This document shows positions 1 to 12,499 of a stretch of DNA of 64,000 bases, piece by piece. How positions within the stretch are numbered: the stretch's first letter is position 1; each line of letters starts with the position of its first letter. A model generated the notes under the pieces. It made no database searches. It saw nothing but the letters and a program-made list of their open reading frames with translations, and was not told where the DNA came from. The position numbers and the translations under genes are program-made. Origin of the DNA: Octopus bimaculoides (taxonomy: Eukaryota); the NCBI RefSeq assembly GCF_001194135.2, contig NC_068992.1, forward strand, positions 45,043,146-45,107,145, read 5' to 3'.

Positions 1-114
1 ACACACACACACACACACNNNNNNNNNNNNNNNNNNNNNNNNNNNNNNNNNNNNNNNNNNNNNNNNNNNNNNNNNNNNNNNNNNNNNNNNNNNNTATATA
101 TATATATATATATA

Positions 115-379
115 TTCTGTCATTCTTTTACTCGTTTCAGTCATTTTGACTGCAGCCATGCTGGAGCACTGAGTTTTAGTTGAAGAAATCGACACTGACT
201 TATGCTTTGTAAGACTGGTACTTATTCTATAGGTCTCTTTTGCCAAACCGCTAAGTTACGGGGATGTGAACACACTTACATCAGTTGTCACGGAATGATG
301 AGGGGACAAAGACAGACACAAAGACACACACACGCACGCACAAACGCACGCACACGCACACACACACACATACACACGA

Positions 380-414
<35 letters not shown>

Positions 415-572
415 CGACGGCTTCCATCAGTTTTCGTCTACCAAATCCACTAACAAATCTTTGGTCGGCCCGAGGCTATAGTAGAAGGTACATGCTCAAA
501 GTTTCACGCAGTGGGACTGAACGCGGAACCATATGGTTGGGAAGGAATCTTCTTACCACAGAGCAACGCCTG
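115..572 (-). mobile_element. tRNA-derived SINE, family B (local name), near full length with internal CA microsatellite
   Basis: Reverse complement shows a Pol III-type head (gtggtaag...ggttc..gtcccactgcg), core aagtgtcttctactatagcc and tail gactgaaacaagtaaaaga, shared with about 10 other copies in the window. Confidence 0.88.
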
Positions 573-606
573 GGCCTATATATCCTTTACATTCTTTTCT
601 TCACAG

Positions 607-738
607 AAAATGACATCACAGTTCTGACTTTACCGAGGAAACTAATTTTTAGTGACTGCATTCAACCAATAGCAGTTGCGCAACCTGGTGAAAGTTTTTA
701 TAGTAATTGCATCATTGCTGGTTGGGGTGAAACTAGAG
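607..738 (+). CDS. S1A serine protease gene 1, internal exon carrying catalytic Asp102 (ENDITVLTLPRKLIFSDCIQPIAVAQPGESFYSNCIIAGWGETR)
   Basis: Acceptor ttcttttcttcacag at 605-606 and donor gtgagt at 739; phase 1-1; NDI and CIIAGWG motifs; same 132-nt length and boundaries as the gene 2 exon at 21652-21783. Confidence 0.95.
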
Positions 739-2654
739 GTGAGTATATATAATTGTTCGTAAAGTGCCTCACATAAATATTCTCAGTGCAGATGAGTAGA
801 CAGCACCTAACTCAACACTGTTAAAAATGTATGAACTTAACAGAAATCATTTACTGTATTAGTTACTCAGTGGCGACAAAATATCATACAATATTTACTT
901 ACAGCACTTAAAGATTTAGTTAAAATCATGCCGAAGACAATACCAGCAACGTGTTGAACAAGATATAATTAATGGCATTTTGTCTAAGTTAGAAATCAGT
1001 ATTATTCTGAGAGGAAAACAGCGAAATATAGTATCAAGATGATGAACTGTTTTTGTTATTTACTTATCACAATCTGAGTGCCATCTATAGCTCTGTTATT
1101 GAGACAGTGGCGCTATTGGTGCGAAGATCTGTCACATAGTCTCCTGAGCGGCACTATAACAGTAAAGCTCTGGACTCCATGTCTGCTATTGTGAGAATAT
1201 GTCTTTGGAAGTAGTGATCTTGGATTTTGAATGTGACACTCTGGAAGTAGAATTTTCGAGAAAATTGTTGGAATCATCAGAAGGGTACTGTACAAGTAGA
1301 AGTCCAAAGTTAATTTCCTGTTTTCTCAGTTGAAATCCCACCGAAAACAATTTTGGCATTTACTTCCTAGTACCAGTAAGGTATTTGGTCTGAGAAATTA
1401 AACTGTTCACCTTCGTTACATCAGTCAGTCAAAGAAATTATTATTTTTAACAAAATCGGATTTCTAGCGAATCGATAGTTGATCCGTAGAGAATCGATTG
1501 ACAACATCAGGTGAACTGACAGAAACTCCTCGGAAGATCTACGCATGATTGCTGGAAAATCAATAGATAATCGTTAAGGGGCTGATAGACGATTATTTAT
1601 GCACCAATGCGCCAATAGATTATTGTATGAGGATAGGTAATCGGTAACAGATTAATGGATGGTCGCTGTGGGATTATTGCTAAAGGATCGAGAGATATTC
1701 ACTACTGGAACGGTAGAATTCGATATTTGATCGATATATGATCACTACAACTTCAGTTAAAGCTCGATATAGAATCAGTTACAAAATCCTGATAGAGGAT
1801 CCCTAAAGGGATTCACAATGGATCATTAGAAACATCTTGCAGTGATCCTTCAACGGTAAATTATTGATTATTACTCAAGGATCGCAAGACTATCAATATA
1901 TGATTTATAAAAGATCACCAGGCAGTTGCTAATTGATGGATTAGACGATCAGCAGGTTACAAATAGATGAGTAATGGAGGATTCATATAGACCCATACAA
2001 GATTGCTTGAAATCCTTGCCATATTCAGAGTTTAGTAACGTCATTTAATTCCATTTATTTGTAGCTCAACTTAAGTAGGCCCAACTATATGGTAAAGTCA
2101 ATTGCATACCGTCAAACCTCTATCAATACACGTGCCTGTGCCAATAAAAGGAATGTTAACATGGTAACGATTTCCTTGTCTCAGCTTCTTCTTAGATTGC
2201 AAAATAATCAATTCTTCTGGGGCTTTCTGAAACCATAGATAACACCTATAGAGAAAGCATCACCTGCACAAAGCTAGAAGGCGATGCAGTTTGAATTCTG
2301 TGTTAAAAGAGTATCTTATTTACATCCTGCCTCCATAATATAGTACTTTCATACCTCGTCGAAATAAAGCATATTTGAAGACTGAATGAATAATTTGTTA
2401 GACCAAATTCATTAATTTCATTAATTCTGCTTTACATTTTTAATTTCATATTTAGTCACATCTGAACTTGCCTTTCAGACAGTTTGGGTTGATAAATGTT
2501 ACCTGAATAAATTCAACAAAAACACTTCCTCTGTGAAAGGATTTCAGAATCTGGGATACGGATGCTTGCAAATAGAAGGGACGCAGCTATATACACCCAA
2601 TGGACAGATAGTGGTGTCAAACAAAGCCAAGGACTGAACCTAGCAAAGAGTACA

Positions 2655-2815
2655 AGTACAATCCGATAAATTTCTACATTTTTACCGTCTTCCAGATTTT
2701 TGTCACAAGGTTTCGGCCGACCTGAGGCTCTACAAGACACCTATCAAGATTAAGTGTAGTAGATTCGAACCAGGAACCATGAGATTATCACACAAACGTT
2801 TTATTGTCATGCTCA
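2655..2815 (-). mobile_element. Degraded family B SINE 5' half
   Basis: cacaaggtttcggccgacctgaggct...aagacac...gaaccaggaaccat aligns loosely with family B copies. Confidence 0.5.
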
Positions 2816-2946
2816 TACTAAAACATTGGTGTACTTATAACCTACTCTTTCTCTTTGAGTATTGGAGGAGGTAAGTAAAAATAAAATGCATAAATAAACA
2901 ATAAAGTTTAGAAAGTACGTTAAACATTTCTTTTGGTTGTTTCCAG

Positions 2947-3086
2947 CTGGAAAAGCAACAAAATACTTAAAAACTGCTGAAGTCCAACTGCTCGTATCGT
3001 CTGAATGCAGAATGTTCTTTCCAGATGTCACCAGTCAGCAAGTTTGTGGAGGATCAGGTTATTGGATGGGTCCAGAAGCATGCCAT
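2947..3086 (+). CDS. S1A serine protease gene 1, penultimate exon (AGKATKYLKTAEVQLLVSSECRMFFPDVTSQQVCGGSGYWMGPEACH)
   Basis: Acceptor ttgtttccag at 2945-2946 and donor gtaaat at 3087; phase 1-0; Cys168, Cys182 and Cys191 pattern; joins in frame to both neighbouring exons. Confidence 0.95.
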
Positions 3087-3476
3087 GTAAATATATCTAA
3101 CATTTTTTCTGTACTAAAATTACTACGTGGAACCAAAGGTTTTTTTTTCACCTGGTTACAAACGGGTGTATGGAGATTTTGCCTCCCAACCAGCCGAAAG
3201 GTGGATATAAGCGTAGAATTGAGCTTTAGGAAACAAACAAAAGAATATGATGATGTATATTTTGATGAATAAACACTTTTCGTACGTGCTTTGTTTGAAC
3301 TATTAATTAAAGCTTGAGATACAAAAGGCTTTTCAAACAACATTTGTAATATCAATAAACTTACATACAAACATAGTCACACACACACACAGACTCACAC
3401 GAGCACGCGTGAAACAAAATTATTTCTGAAAATGTTTCATTCGATTTTTACAAGCTGATTTTATTAAATCTTACAG

Positions 3477-3638
3477 GGAGACTCTGGTGGTCCTTTGATG
3501 TGTTTCAATGCAGTAACTGAAGAATTAACTATAGTAGGTATCACTTCTTATGGTGCAGCTAAATGTCAGAATGGAATGGGCGTTTACGAAAATGTGGCAC
3601 ATTTTGTTTCTTGGATTAACAGAATGAGAAATACTTAA
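3477..3638 (+). CDS. S1A serine protease gene 1, terminal exon with catalytic Ser195 (GDSGGPLMCFNAVTEELTIVGITSYGAAKCQNGMGVYENVAHFVSWINRMRNT*)
   Basis: Acceptor ttacag at 3475-3476; GDSGGP motif; TAA at 3636-3638; too short for the ORF track, translated by hand. Confidence 0.96.
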   Translation, partial: GDSGGPLMCFNAVTEELTIVGITSYGAAKCQNGMGVYENVAHFVSWINRMRNT

Positions 3639-3665
3639 TCACGATTTGATTATTGAATTGAAAAC

Positions 3666-3696
3666 AATAAAATGCAAGCATGTGATATTAAATAAA
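3666..3696 (+). terminator. Candidate polyadenylation signals of protease gene 1
   Basis: AATAAA at 3666-3671 and 3691-3696, 30-60 nt after the stop, followed by a T/GT-rich tract; AT-rich background lowers specificity. Confidence 0.5.
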
Positions 3697-3922
3697 TGTC
3701 AAATTATCTCAAGAATCACTATTGTTGCTATTATTATTGTTCTTGTTGTTTTTTTTCCAATATGGATGAGCAAAACTATGCTCGACGTGGTTCTACACGT
3801 GACTAAGCCGTCTTTTCCAGGGCATAAGGATATTTTATGCGTCAATTCCCTCCCATCTCGAATATCTTAATGTGTATGAATGTAACCACGTGTATATGCA
3901 TGTATGTATGTATGCATGTATG

Positions 3923-3988
<66 letters not shown>

Positions 3989-4188
3989 GATATATAGATG
4001 TAGATATAGATATAGATATATATTCAATTCAAAATGGCTGACGACTAGCATCGTGCTTGAAATTTAATAGTACCAACGAATTTGAATCAAACGGTTTTAA
4101 TCGATACATGTAACTCTCAATAAATCGGTTGAGTACCTTTCTTTCGTTTGTCTACTCACTTGTATATATATATGTGTGTGTATTATGA

Positions 4189-4494
4189 AGGGTACTCTGC
4201 TTACGATCGTGAGGTCGTGAGTTCAATTCCCGGCGACGCGTTGTGTCCTTGATCAAGACACTTTATTTCACGTTGCTGCAGTCCACTGAGCTGGCAAAAA
4301 TGAGTAGTACCTGTATTTCAAAGGGCCAGGTTTGTCACACTCTGCGTCACGCTGAATCTCCCTGAAAACAACGTTCAAGGCACACGTATCTGCGGAGTGG
4401 TCAGCCACTTGCATGTTAATTTAACGTGTAAGCTGTTCCGTTGATCGGATGGTATCAGCTGAGTCTCTAGTCGTTGTAACCGACGGTGTGCTCC
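4189..4494 (+). mobile_element. tRNA-derived SINE, family C (local name)
   Basis: B-box-like gagttcaattccc, core tgtgtccttgatcaagacactttatttcacgttgc; high similarity to the copy at 30510-30806. Confidence 0.88.
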
Positions 4495-4723
4495 TTTATA
4501 TATATATATATTAATAGTTATCGCCAAGCCAACATGGCAGTCCCAAACTTAGGACGAAAGCTGCCGTGAATTAGCTCCAAGAAGCCATCGCCTCTAGCTA
4601 GCTATGTGATACACGAAACCTGTGTCCTTTATAACCTTCGAACAAGGGAGGTCAGCAGTTTCCCCTTGCTGGTTTGGCATCTGCAGACTAGTTTCAGGGT
4701 GTTGCCCCTTGTCAATATACCTC

Positions 4724-4755
<32 letters not shown>

Positions 4756-5518
4756 TGTACGTGTGTATGCATGCATGCTTCTAGTTGTACACCACATATT
4801 AACCACTTAGTTGATAACATCTTGCAGCGTTGCTCATCTTTTAAAGAAAACCCAGTCTACATAATTTATTCTAAAAATTATTCTGGAAGTTGTTCAAAAA
4901 TTTTCAGCTTCTGACAAAACTACAAAAAATAATATACGCACATACATACACACACATTCACATACAGGCATACAATCTCACACACATATACATACGCACG
5001 TACACAAATATACGCACATGTATATATAAATATTATATGTCCCTAGGTACTTCTACAATAGACAATAGGAAAGTTACTGCTTAGAATAAATCTTTTACAT
5101 AATTATGTAATTATATAGTTAATTAGTAATTATGTAAATTGGTACATTATCTTGTAAATAACTTGTTTTACCACAACAAAAACGTTTTTGGGCGCAGTTT
5201 TATGAAGAAATTTATGCATGATTTCGATGTAAAGATTCTTATTGAATAAACTGAAAATTAACTGCAACTTTTAGAGTTATTTCATTGCAAATATATTGAA
5301 TTCATGTGGTTGTGTTTATTTTAAACATTTATAAACCGAGTGAGAGCGGTAACTGCTACTAGTTTCATGTATGTTATTCAGGGTTCCGTTGTCTGATGTT
5401 AAAATATTCTTTCCACCAAATATCCAACCCAATGTCGTTTTGTACATATCAACATTTACCTTCCCTACGATATTAATAGGGACGTATGTATGTGCATATA
5501 TGTGGATCACACATGCAC

Positions 5519-5720
5519 GTGTTTATGTCCCCGTAACTTAGAGGTTCGCCACAAATGACCGATAGAATAACTCCTAGGCTTACAAGGAATAAGTACTGGG
5601 GTCGATTTGCTCGACTAAATATGGTGCTCCAGCATGGCCGCGGTCAAATGACTGAAACAAGTAAAACACACCAGCATCGGTTATCAAGTGATGGTGGGGG
5701 AAAGACACACACCAATACAT
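5519..5720. mobile_element. Family B SINE with its 3' segment inverted
   Basis: 3' tail on + (5522-5666) directly abuts the middle segment on - (5667-5720). Confidence 0.8.
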
Positions 5721-5748
5721 ATATATATATATATATGTATATATACAA

Positions 5749-5785
<37 letters not shown>

Positions 5786-6984
5786 NNNNNNNNNNNNNNN
5801 NNNNNNNNNNNNNNNNNNNNNNNNNNNNNNNNNNNNNNNNNNNNNNNNNNNNNNNNNNNNNNNNNNNNNNNNNNNNNNNNNNNNNNNNNNNNNNNNNNNN
5901 NNNNNNNNNNNNNNNNNNNNNNNNNNNNNNNNNNNNNNNNNNNNNNNNNNNNNNNNNNNNNNNNNNNNNNNNNNNNNNNNNNNNNNNNNNNNNNNNNNNN
6001 NNNNNNNNNNNNNNNNNNNNNNNNNNNNNNNNNNNNNNNNNNNNNNNNNNNNNNNNNNNNNNNNNNNNNNNNNNNNNNNNNNNNNNNNNNNNNNNNNNNN
6101 NNNNNNNNNNNNNNNNNNNNNNNNNNNNNNNNNNNNNNNNNNNNNNNNNNNNNNNNNNNNNNNNNNNNNNNNNNNNNNNNNNNNNNNNNNNNNNNNNNNN
6201 NNNNNNNNNNNNNNNNNNNNNNNNNNNNNNNNNNNNNNNNNNNNNNNNNNNNNNNNNNNNNNNNNNNNNNNNNNNNNNNNNNNNNNNNNNNNNNNNNNNN
6301 NNNNNNNNNNNNNNNNNNNNNNNNNNNNNNNNNNNNNNNNNNNNNNNNNNNNNNNNNNNNNNNNNNNNNNNNNNNNNNNNNNNNNNNNNNNNNNNNNNNN
6401 NNNNNNNNNNNNNNNNNNNNNNNNNNNNNNNNNNNNNNNNNNNNNNNNNNNATATTTATACATAATAAATATTTGCGTGTGTATGTGAATGTATATATTT
6501 ATTCTCACTAGGACAAATGTAGAAGATTTTCAAAATGATAAATTATTTATTCCACTTGACACAGCCATATGTCTGACATATTTATTACATTACCCCCAAG
6601 AATAGGTGGAGATAGAATTAAGAAAACTTTCTATCCCCTCGGTACCCATTCCTATGAGAATTTTGCAGGACGATTTGAATAAATATTGAAATGCTTCACA
6701 CACAGTAATCTTCCACCTTAGCCGCTCCTTCGGTTTCGGTATACACAAATAGTAATATATATCGATTAACCTGAAGGCAAATTTTATAGGGAAATTATAA
6801 TCAATTGAATGAACTCCAGAATATTAATGACGCTCGTTATATCGATCTGTGAACCATAAAAGACACATAGGAACTTCTATACATTTGAACTTATATTACG
6901 AACAATGGTGCACCGAAATTTTTACGCAAATAGATCTAGTTCTTTTCAATTCTGTCTCCATCAGGTCTGTTGTTTTGTGTTCTA

Positions 6985-7019
<35 letters not shown>

Positions 7020-8767
7020 NNNNNNNNNNNNNNNNNNNNNNNNNNNNNNNNNNNNNNNNNNNNNNNNNNNNNNNNNNNNNNNNNNNNNNNNNNNNNNNNN
7101 NNNNNNNNNNNNNNNNNNNNNNNNNNNNNNNNNNNNNNNNNNNNNNNNNNNNNNNNNNNNNNNNNNNNNNNNNNNNNNNNNNNNNNNNNNNNNNNNNNNN
7201 NNNNNNNNNNNNNNNNNNNNNNNNNNNNNNNNNNNNNNNNNNNNNNNNNNNNNNNNNNNNNNNNNNNNNNNNNNNNNNNNNNNNNNNNNNNNNNNNNNNN
7301 NNNNNNNNNNNNNNNNNNNNNNNNNNNNNNNNNNNNNNNNNNNNNNNNNNNNNNNNNNNNNNNNNNNNNNNNNNNNNNNNNNNNNNNNNNNNNNNNNNNN
7401 NNTATATATATATATATATCTGTATATACATCAAGATAGATATGTGTAGCTTGTGTACATATTCACACACACACAACACAGACACACATATATATACATA
7501 TATATACTCACATTAGTGTGTTTGTATAAATCCGTATGGTGCTATATGTGTTTTTTGTGTGTGTATGTGTGTATGTTTGTGTAAATTACCATAATCCTAA
7601 CAGCAACAACGTCATTCTACTTTCCATTCCACATTCTAATCAATGCAATATTATTCACCCATTACTTGAATGAATAAATAGATAAATATTTAATAGAATG
7701 CATAATAAAAAATGGTGGACGGCAATTAGCTTGTCGAAAGTCTAGTAAGATATATTCTAAAGTCTAACCAAGATATATATATATATATATATTCTAAAAC
7801 TCACACTAACCTAGTAGATATCTTGTGGGTGGCAGAGCTGAATTATTTAATTCCGAAACCATTCTACTTTTGCACATCAAAAAGAGAGATAGTTTTGATA
7901 TTTATTGTGTAATTCGTTCAATATTAATTCATCAACCTCGTAGGAGTTTATATTTTGCCGAAGAATCCAGAGAAGAAAGCATAACAGAAGAAACATATCG
8001 AGCGTTGGTTTTCGTACTTGCTGGAAGAATTGAAATATTAATCCAGCAACTAATACGTTTTCCCTTTCATTTTATAATTTTTAAACAGTATGAAGTACTC
8101 ATATTAAAATCACTGGCCTTATTCCATACGATGGTCTACTTGTACTCAAGTGAGGAACTGTTATCCAGTTATAAACTTTATTGTGTAATAAGAGGGTTGG
8201 AGGGGTGCGTGAATCATGGGAAAGGGGAGTGGGTGGATCTTGATACATTGTTTAATATCAATGTAATCTACTGGTTCAACTCTCATCACAAGCTACTGCA
8301 AAGACCCTACATAGGGCTCAGTAAGTTGAATTATCTTGCTTTTCAATACTGGAATAGACTTAATTAATAAAATATGTATGTTTCTCATTACATTAAATAT
8401 TTTAGCTCCCATGTAAATTCCTGTTGTTCATGCGAACATTGGTCGAGGGAGTATACACCCAGTCATTATTACAAGTCTTCACGCCAGTCAGTGGTGGTTT
8501 TCCTCCCTTCAGATATCAAGAATTTGCTAAGCACTTCTGTGGCTGAGTTGTTTACGTCACTTCCCAATTTTTAAAAAAATATAATTTGGTCTAGTCTAGC
8601 TTGTTTTTCATAATAAGACCTGATATTTGAATTCAAGGTGTTCCTCTTCGCAAGGCATATCATTTTGGTTCATATAATGCATGCTATGTGTGTACTCATG
8701 CATATACACTATAGGAATATATGACACAATATCAAATCGTTCTAAAATATGTGTTTGCACAAGTATT

Positions 8768-8826
<59 letters not shown>

Positions 8827-8828
8827 AT

Positions 8829-8870
8829 TTGTTTACTTGTTTCGGTCTTTTGACTGCAACCATGCTGGAT
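8829..8870 (-). mobile_element. Family B SINE 3' tail running into a gap
   Basis: tttacttgtttcggtcttttgactgcaaccatgctgga is the reverse complement of the family B tail. Confidence 0.7.
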
Positions 8871-9789
8871 ATATATNNNNNNNNNNNNNNNNNNNNNNNN
8901 NNNNNNNNNNNNNNNNNNNNNNNNNNNNNNNNNNNNNNNNNNNNNNNNNNNNNNNNNNNNNNNNNNNNNNNNNNNNNNNNNNNNNNNNNNNNNNNNNNNN
9001 NNNNNNNNNNNNNNNNNNNNNNNNNNNNNNNNNNNNNNNNNNNNNNNNNNNNNNNNNNNNNNNNNNNNNNNNNNNNNNNNNNNNNNNNNNNNNNNNNNNN
9101 NNNNNNNNNNNNNNNNNNNNNNNNNNNNNNNNNNNNNNNNNNNNNNNNNNNNNNNNNNNNNNNNNNNNNNNNNNNNNNNNNNNNNNNNNNNNNNNNNNNN
9201 NNNNNNNNNNNNNNNNNNNNNNNNNNNNNNNNNNNNNNNNNNNNNNNNNNNNNNNNNNNNNNNNNNNNNNNNNNNNNNNNNNNNNNNNNNNNNNNNNNNN
9301 NNNNNNNNNNNNNNNNNNNNNNNNNNNNNNNNNNNNNNNNNNNNNNNNNNNNNNNNNNNNNNNNNNNNNNNNNNNNNNNNNNNNNNNNNNNNNNNNNNNN
9401 NNNNNNNNNNNNNNNNNNNNNNNNNNNNNNNNNNNNNNNNNNNNNNNNNNNNNNNNNNNNNNNNNNNNNNNNNNNNNNNNNNNNNNNNNNNNNNNNNNNN
9501 NNNNNNNNNNNNNNNNNNNNNNNNNNNNNNNNNNNNNNNNNNNNNNNNNNNNNNNNNNNNNNNNNNNNNNNNNNNNNNNNNNNNNNNNNNNNNNNNNNNN
9601 NNNNNNNNNNNNNNNNNNNNNNNNNNNNNNNNNNNNNNNNNNNNNNNNNNNNNNNNNNNNNNNNNNNNNNNNNNNNNNNNNNNNNNNNNNNNNNNNNNNN
9701 NNNNNNNNNNNNNNNNNNNNNNNNNNNNNNNNNNNNNNNNNNNNNNNNNNNNNNNNNNNNNNNNNNNNNNNNNNNNNNNNNNNNNNNNN

Positions 9790-9843
<54 letters not shown>

Positions 9844-10219
9844 CGTTATATATGTATGCATATATATGTGAATGTGTGTTTGTACGTATGAATATGTATG
9901 TTACTTGCAACAGGAAAATAAAAGCAATGCAAATACACGAACACACTCCCACACACAGGCCAAACAAATTCATTAACAAACTACAAAAGAACAAAGACAC
10001 GCACAAGCACAGACAAATATTCATTAATATTAAACTTGTATATTGTATGTTGACATAGTTAGAGTGAGAAGACTACCTCACACAGCTGAGACAGTATATG
10101 TGTGTATCTCTCATTTTATTTATGTATGTATATGTAAATGTACATCCGTCTAATCAATTGCCTATGTTACATCTAATCTGTATCGACACTGTCATTCATC
10201 AGGACCAGGCTGTAGTTTT

Positions 10220-10968
10220 TCCAATCTCTCCTTTGAATTTAAACGGTTCCAGTTCACAGTGAAACTAAGTTTCGCTATTTCAATAAACAAGTCTCAAGGA
10301 CAATCTCTCAAAGTTGTTGGACTTCACCTTGCTTCTCTCATGGTCAATTATATGTACGGTGTTCCCAATTTGGAAGTCCCCAAAATCTTTTCATTTATAC
10401 ACCAATTAAAGGGCACACTCAAACGATCTTATATCTAGAAGCTCCAGATAAATTAAAGTGTGATTGATTTCTGGATTTGTTTCAATGCATTTCTTTATAC
10501 TCATGTCATGTGACAGAATTTTTGTTAAATGTACTTATTAGCAGGAGTGGAGCGGCCCGCAGGACTGTTCTTATCAAATTTATGCATTTTCTGGTTCAAC
10601 GTGTTTCAAATAAGTACTGACAATTGAAGGTGATTGCGAAAACAAAGAACTACTCGGTTTTTTAACAATTTTAACCGTGTGAACATTAGACAAAACATGT
10701 TATTGACATTAATAGTTTGTACTTCAGCTAATTACTGTTGAGAAATGCATAATCCATGTTTCACTTTACTTACAGATATAAAAGGCATACTTAAATTTCA
10801 TTATGTTCAATAACCTGGGGAATGCCGGGTTATTAATGTATAAAGTTGATATCTCAGCTACTAGGAAGTAAGACCTGCGTAGTCTATGATTCATGTTAGA
10901 GATCTAAAAGGCATTTTTGAATTTCATTATTTCCTTTATCCCAGGCAATGCCAGGTATTTCTGCGAGT
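10220..10968 (+). mobile_element. Helitron 3' remnant (PIF1-like helicase C-terminus plus terminal hairpin)
   Basis: Frameshifted translation FEFKRFQFTVKLSFAISINKSQGQSLKVVGLHL / CFSHGQLYVRCSQFGSPQNLFIY matches Helitron helicase motifs V-VI (TINKSQGQSL, FSHGQLYVA); 3' hairpin ccaggcaatgccagg followed by a decayed CTAG-like end near 10965. Confidence 0.9.
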
Positions 10969-10969
10969 G

Positions 10970-11000
<31 letters not shown>

Positions 11001-12499
11001 AAAAAAAGAAAATAGACCAATTGACATATAGGTATCAGTTTATTTAAAGATATTCAAATCAATATTATATGAAATTCTTCTTTGCTCAAGGAGCTTCACA
11101 GTGGGACCAGCCGGTCGCAATTCTTCCTTCTCTATATCTTACGCTCTCTATTTCCATCAAGGACTATAAAATTATTTGTTGTTATACATCTACTTCTAAC
11201 ATGAAATATTGGAGAATTTAATTTCGTTTTTCACCCCGAATGAACATTGGTTTTTATACATCGTAATTTCTTTTGTCAAAAACTGTAATAGAATATCAAC
11301 TATAAATCATTCATTTGTTATCTAATGGATGTCTTTTAGTGGTGAAACTTAAATTTAATATTGTTAGAAGATTAAAAGAACATGACTCCATTCTATATGT
11401 ATATTCATTCAGCCGTTCAACGGTTTTCAGCATAAGCTAGATTTTTGTTTAATATCTGATTTCATTTTGTAGCATGTTTATTAACTTTACTTTGACAGCA
11501 ACGAAATTGATAATCAATTCCAGTCGGTGTCATATAAACCTAGAAATAACAACATGTCTCGTTGGACTGGGTTGAGACATTAGGTTTCTACTGCACAAGT
11601 TGTTGGTGTTCTTATACGTATTCAATGTCTACGTGTCTCTGTTTTTCAAGGCCCAATCTAACACTCTGCAAAAGCGAATTTCCAGATAAATGCATATTGA
11701 CGTAGATATATGTGTGTGCGTGTGTGTGTTTAGTGAATGGTATATGTGTGCATGTGTGCAGATTGTCGCTTGCCGTCAACCTTTAATGTTGTTTACTAAT
11801 TACATATTTCAAACATATGCAACACACGTGAACCGATAATTATTCTAATTTATTTTTACTGCATACATGATTGAATGAAATAAACATGGTAGAACAATGA
11901 ATATAGCGTGAAGATTTTAATCCAGCGGTTGTATGTTCGTATATATCTTGCCTCTATTTACTGTGTTTGCCAATACATTAGTATCCCTATTTGTAAGTCC
12001 AATTGTTCATTTTATTCACCCAGTATTCGCAATATCTCCCCTCTTCAAATAATCGTATTAACGGTAACATACAAAATGTTAAGAGATCTGAAATTTATTA
12101 GAAACTTCTTATCCGTTCTGGTATGAATTTAATCAATTCTATGTAGCAATATAAATCTAGTTTATCTGTATATGAAGTTAGGGAATATAACTAAACTGTG
12201 AACGTTGTTGGTTTTGTTTAGTCCCAGAACCAACCCAAATCAAAAAGTGCTTTGATCGAAACAGATTCAGAGTAATGAACAACTTGTATTTCTGAAACTT
12301 GACTATCCAAAGAATTCATTTATATGTTAAGACAGCAGGGTCTGAAACGAGAGGGTTTTGATATATCTAGCGGATCGATGGATACTGCAGAAGTTCTGAA
12401 CTCCCGCTGAGATAACGGAAAACTACAACTATTATTTAAGTGCACTGTTATATGCATCTGCATATATATGCATACAAACACACGTGCAAATATATAAAT

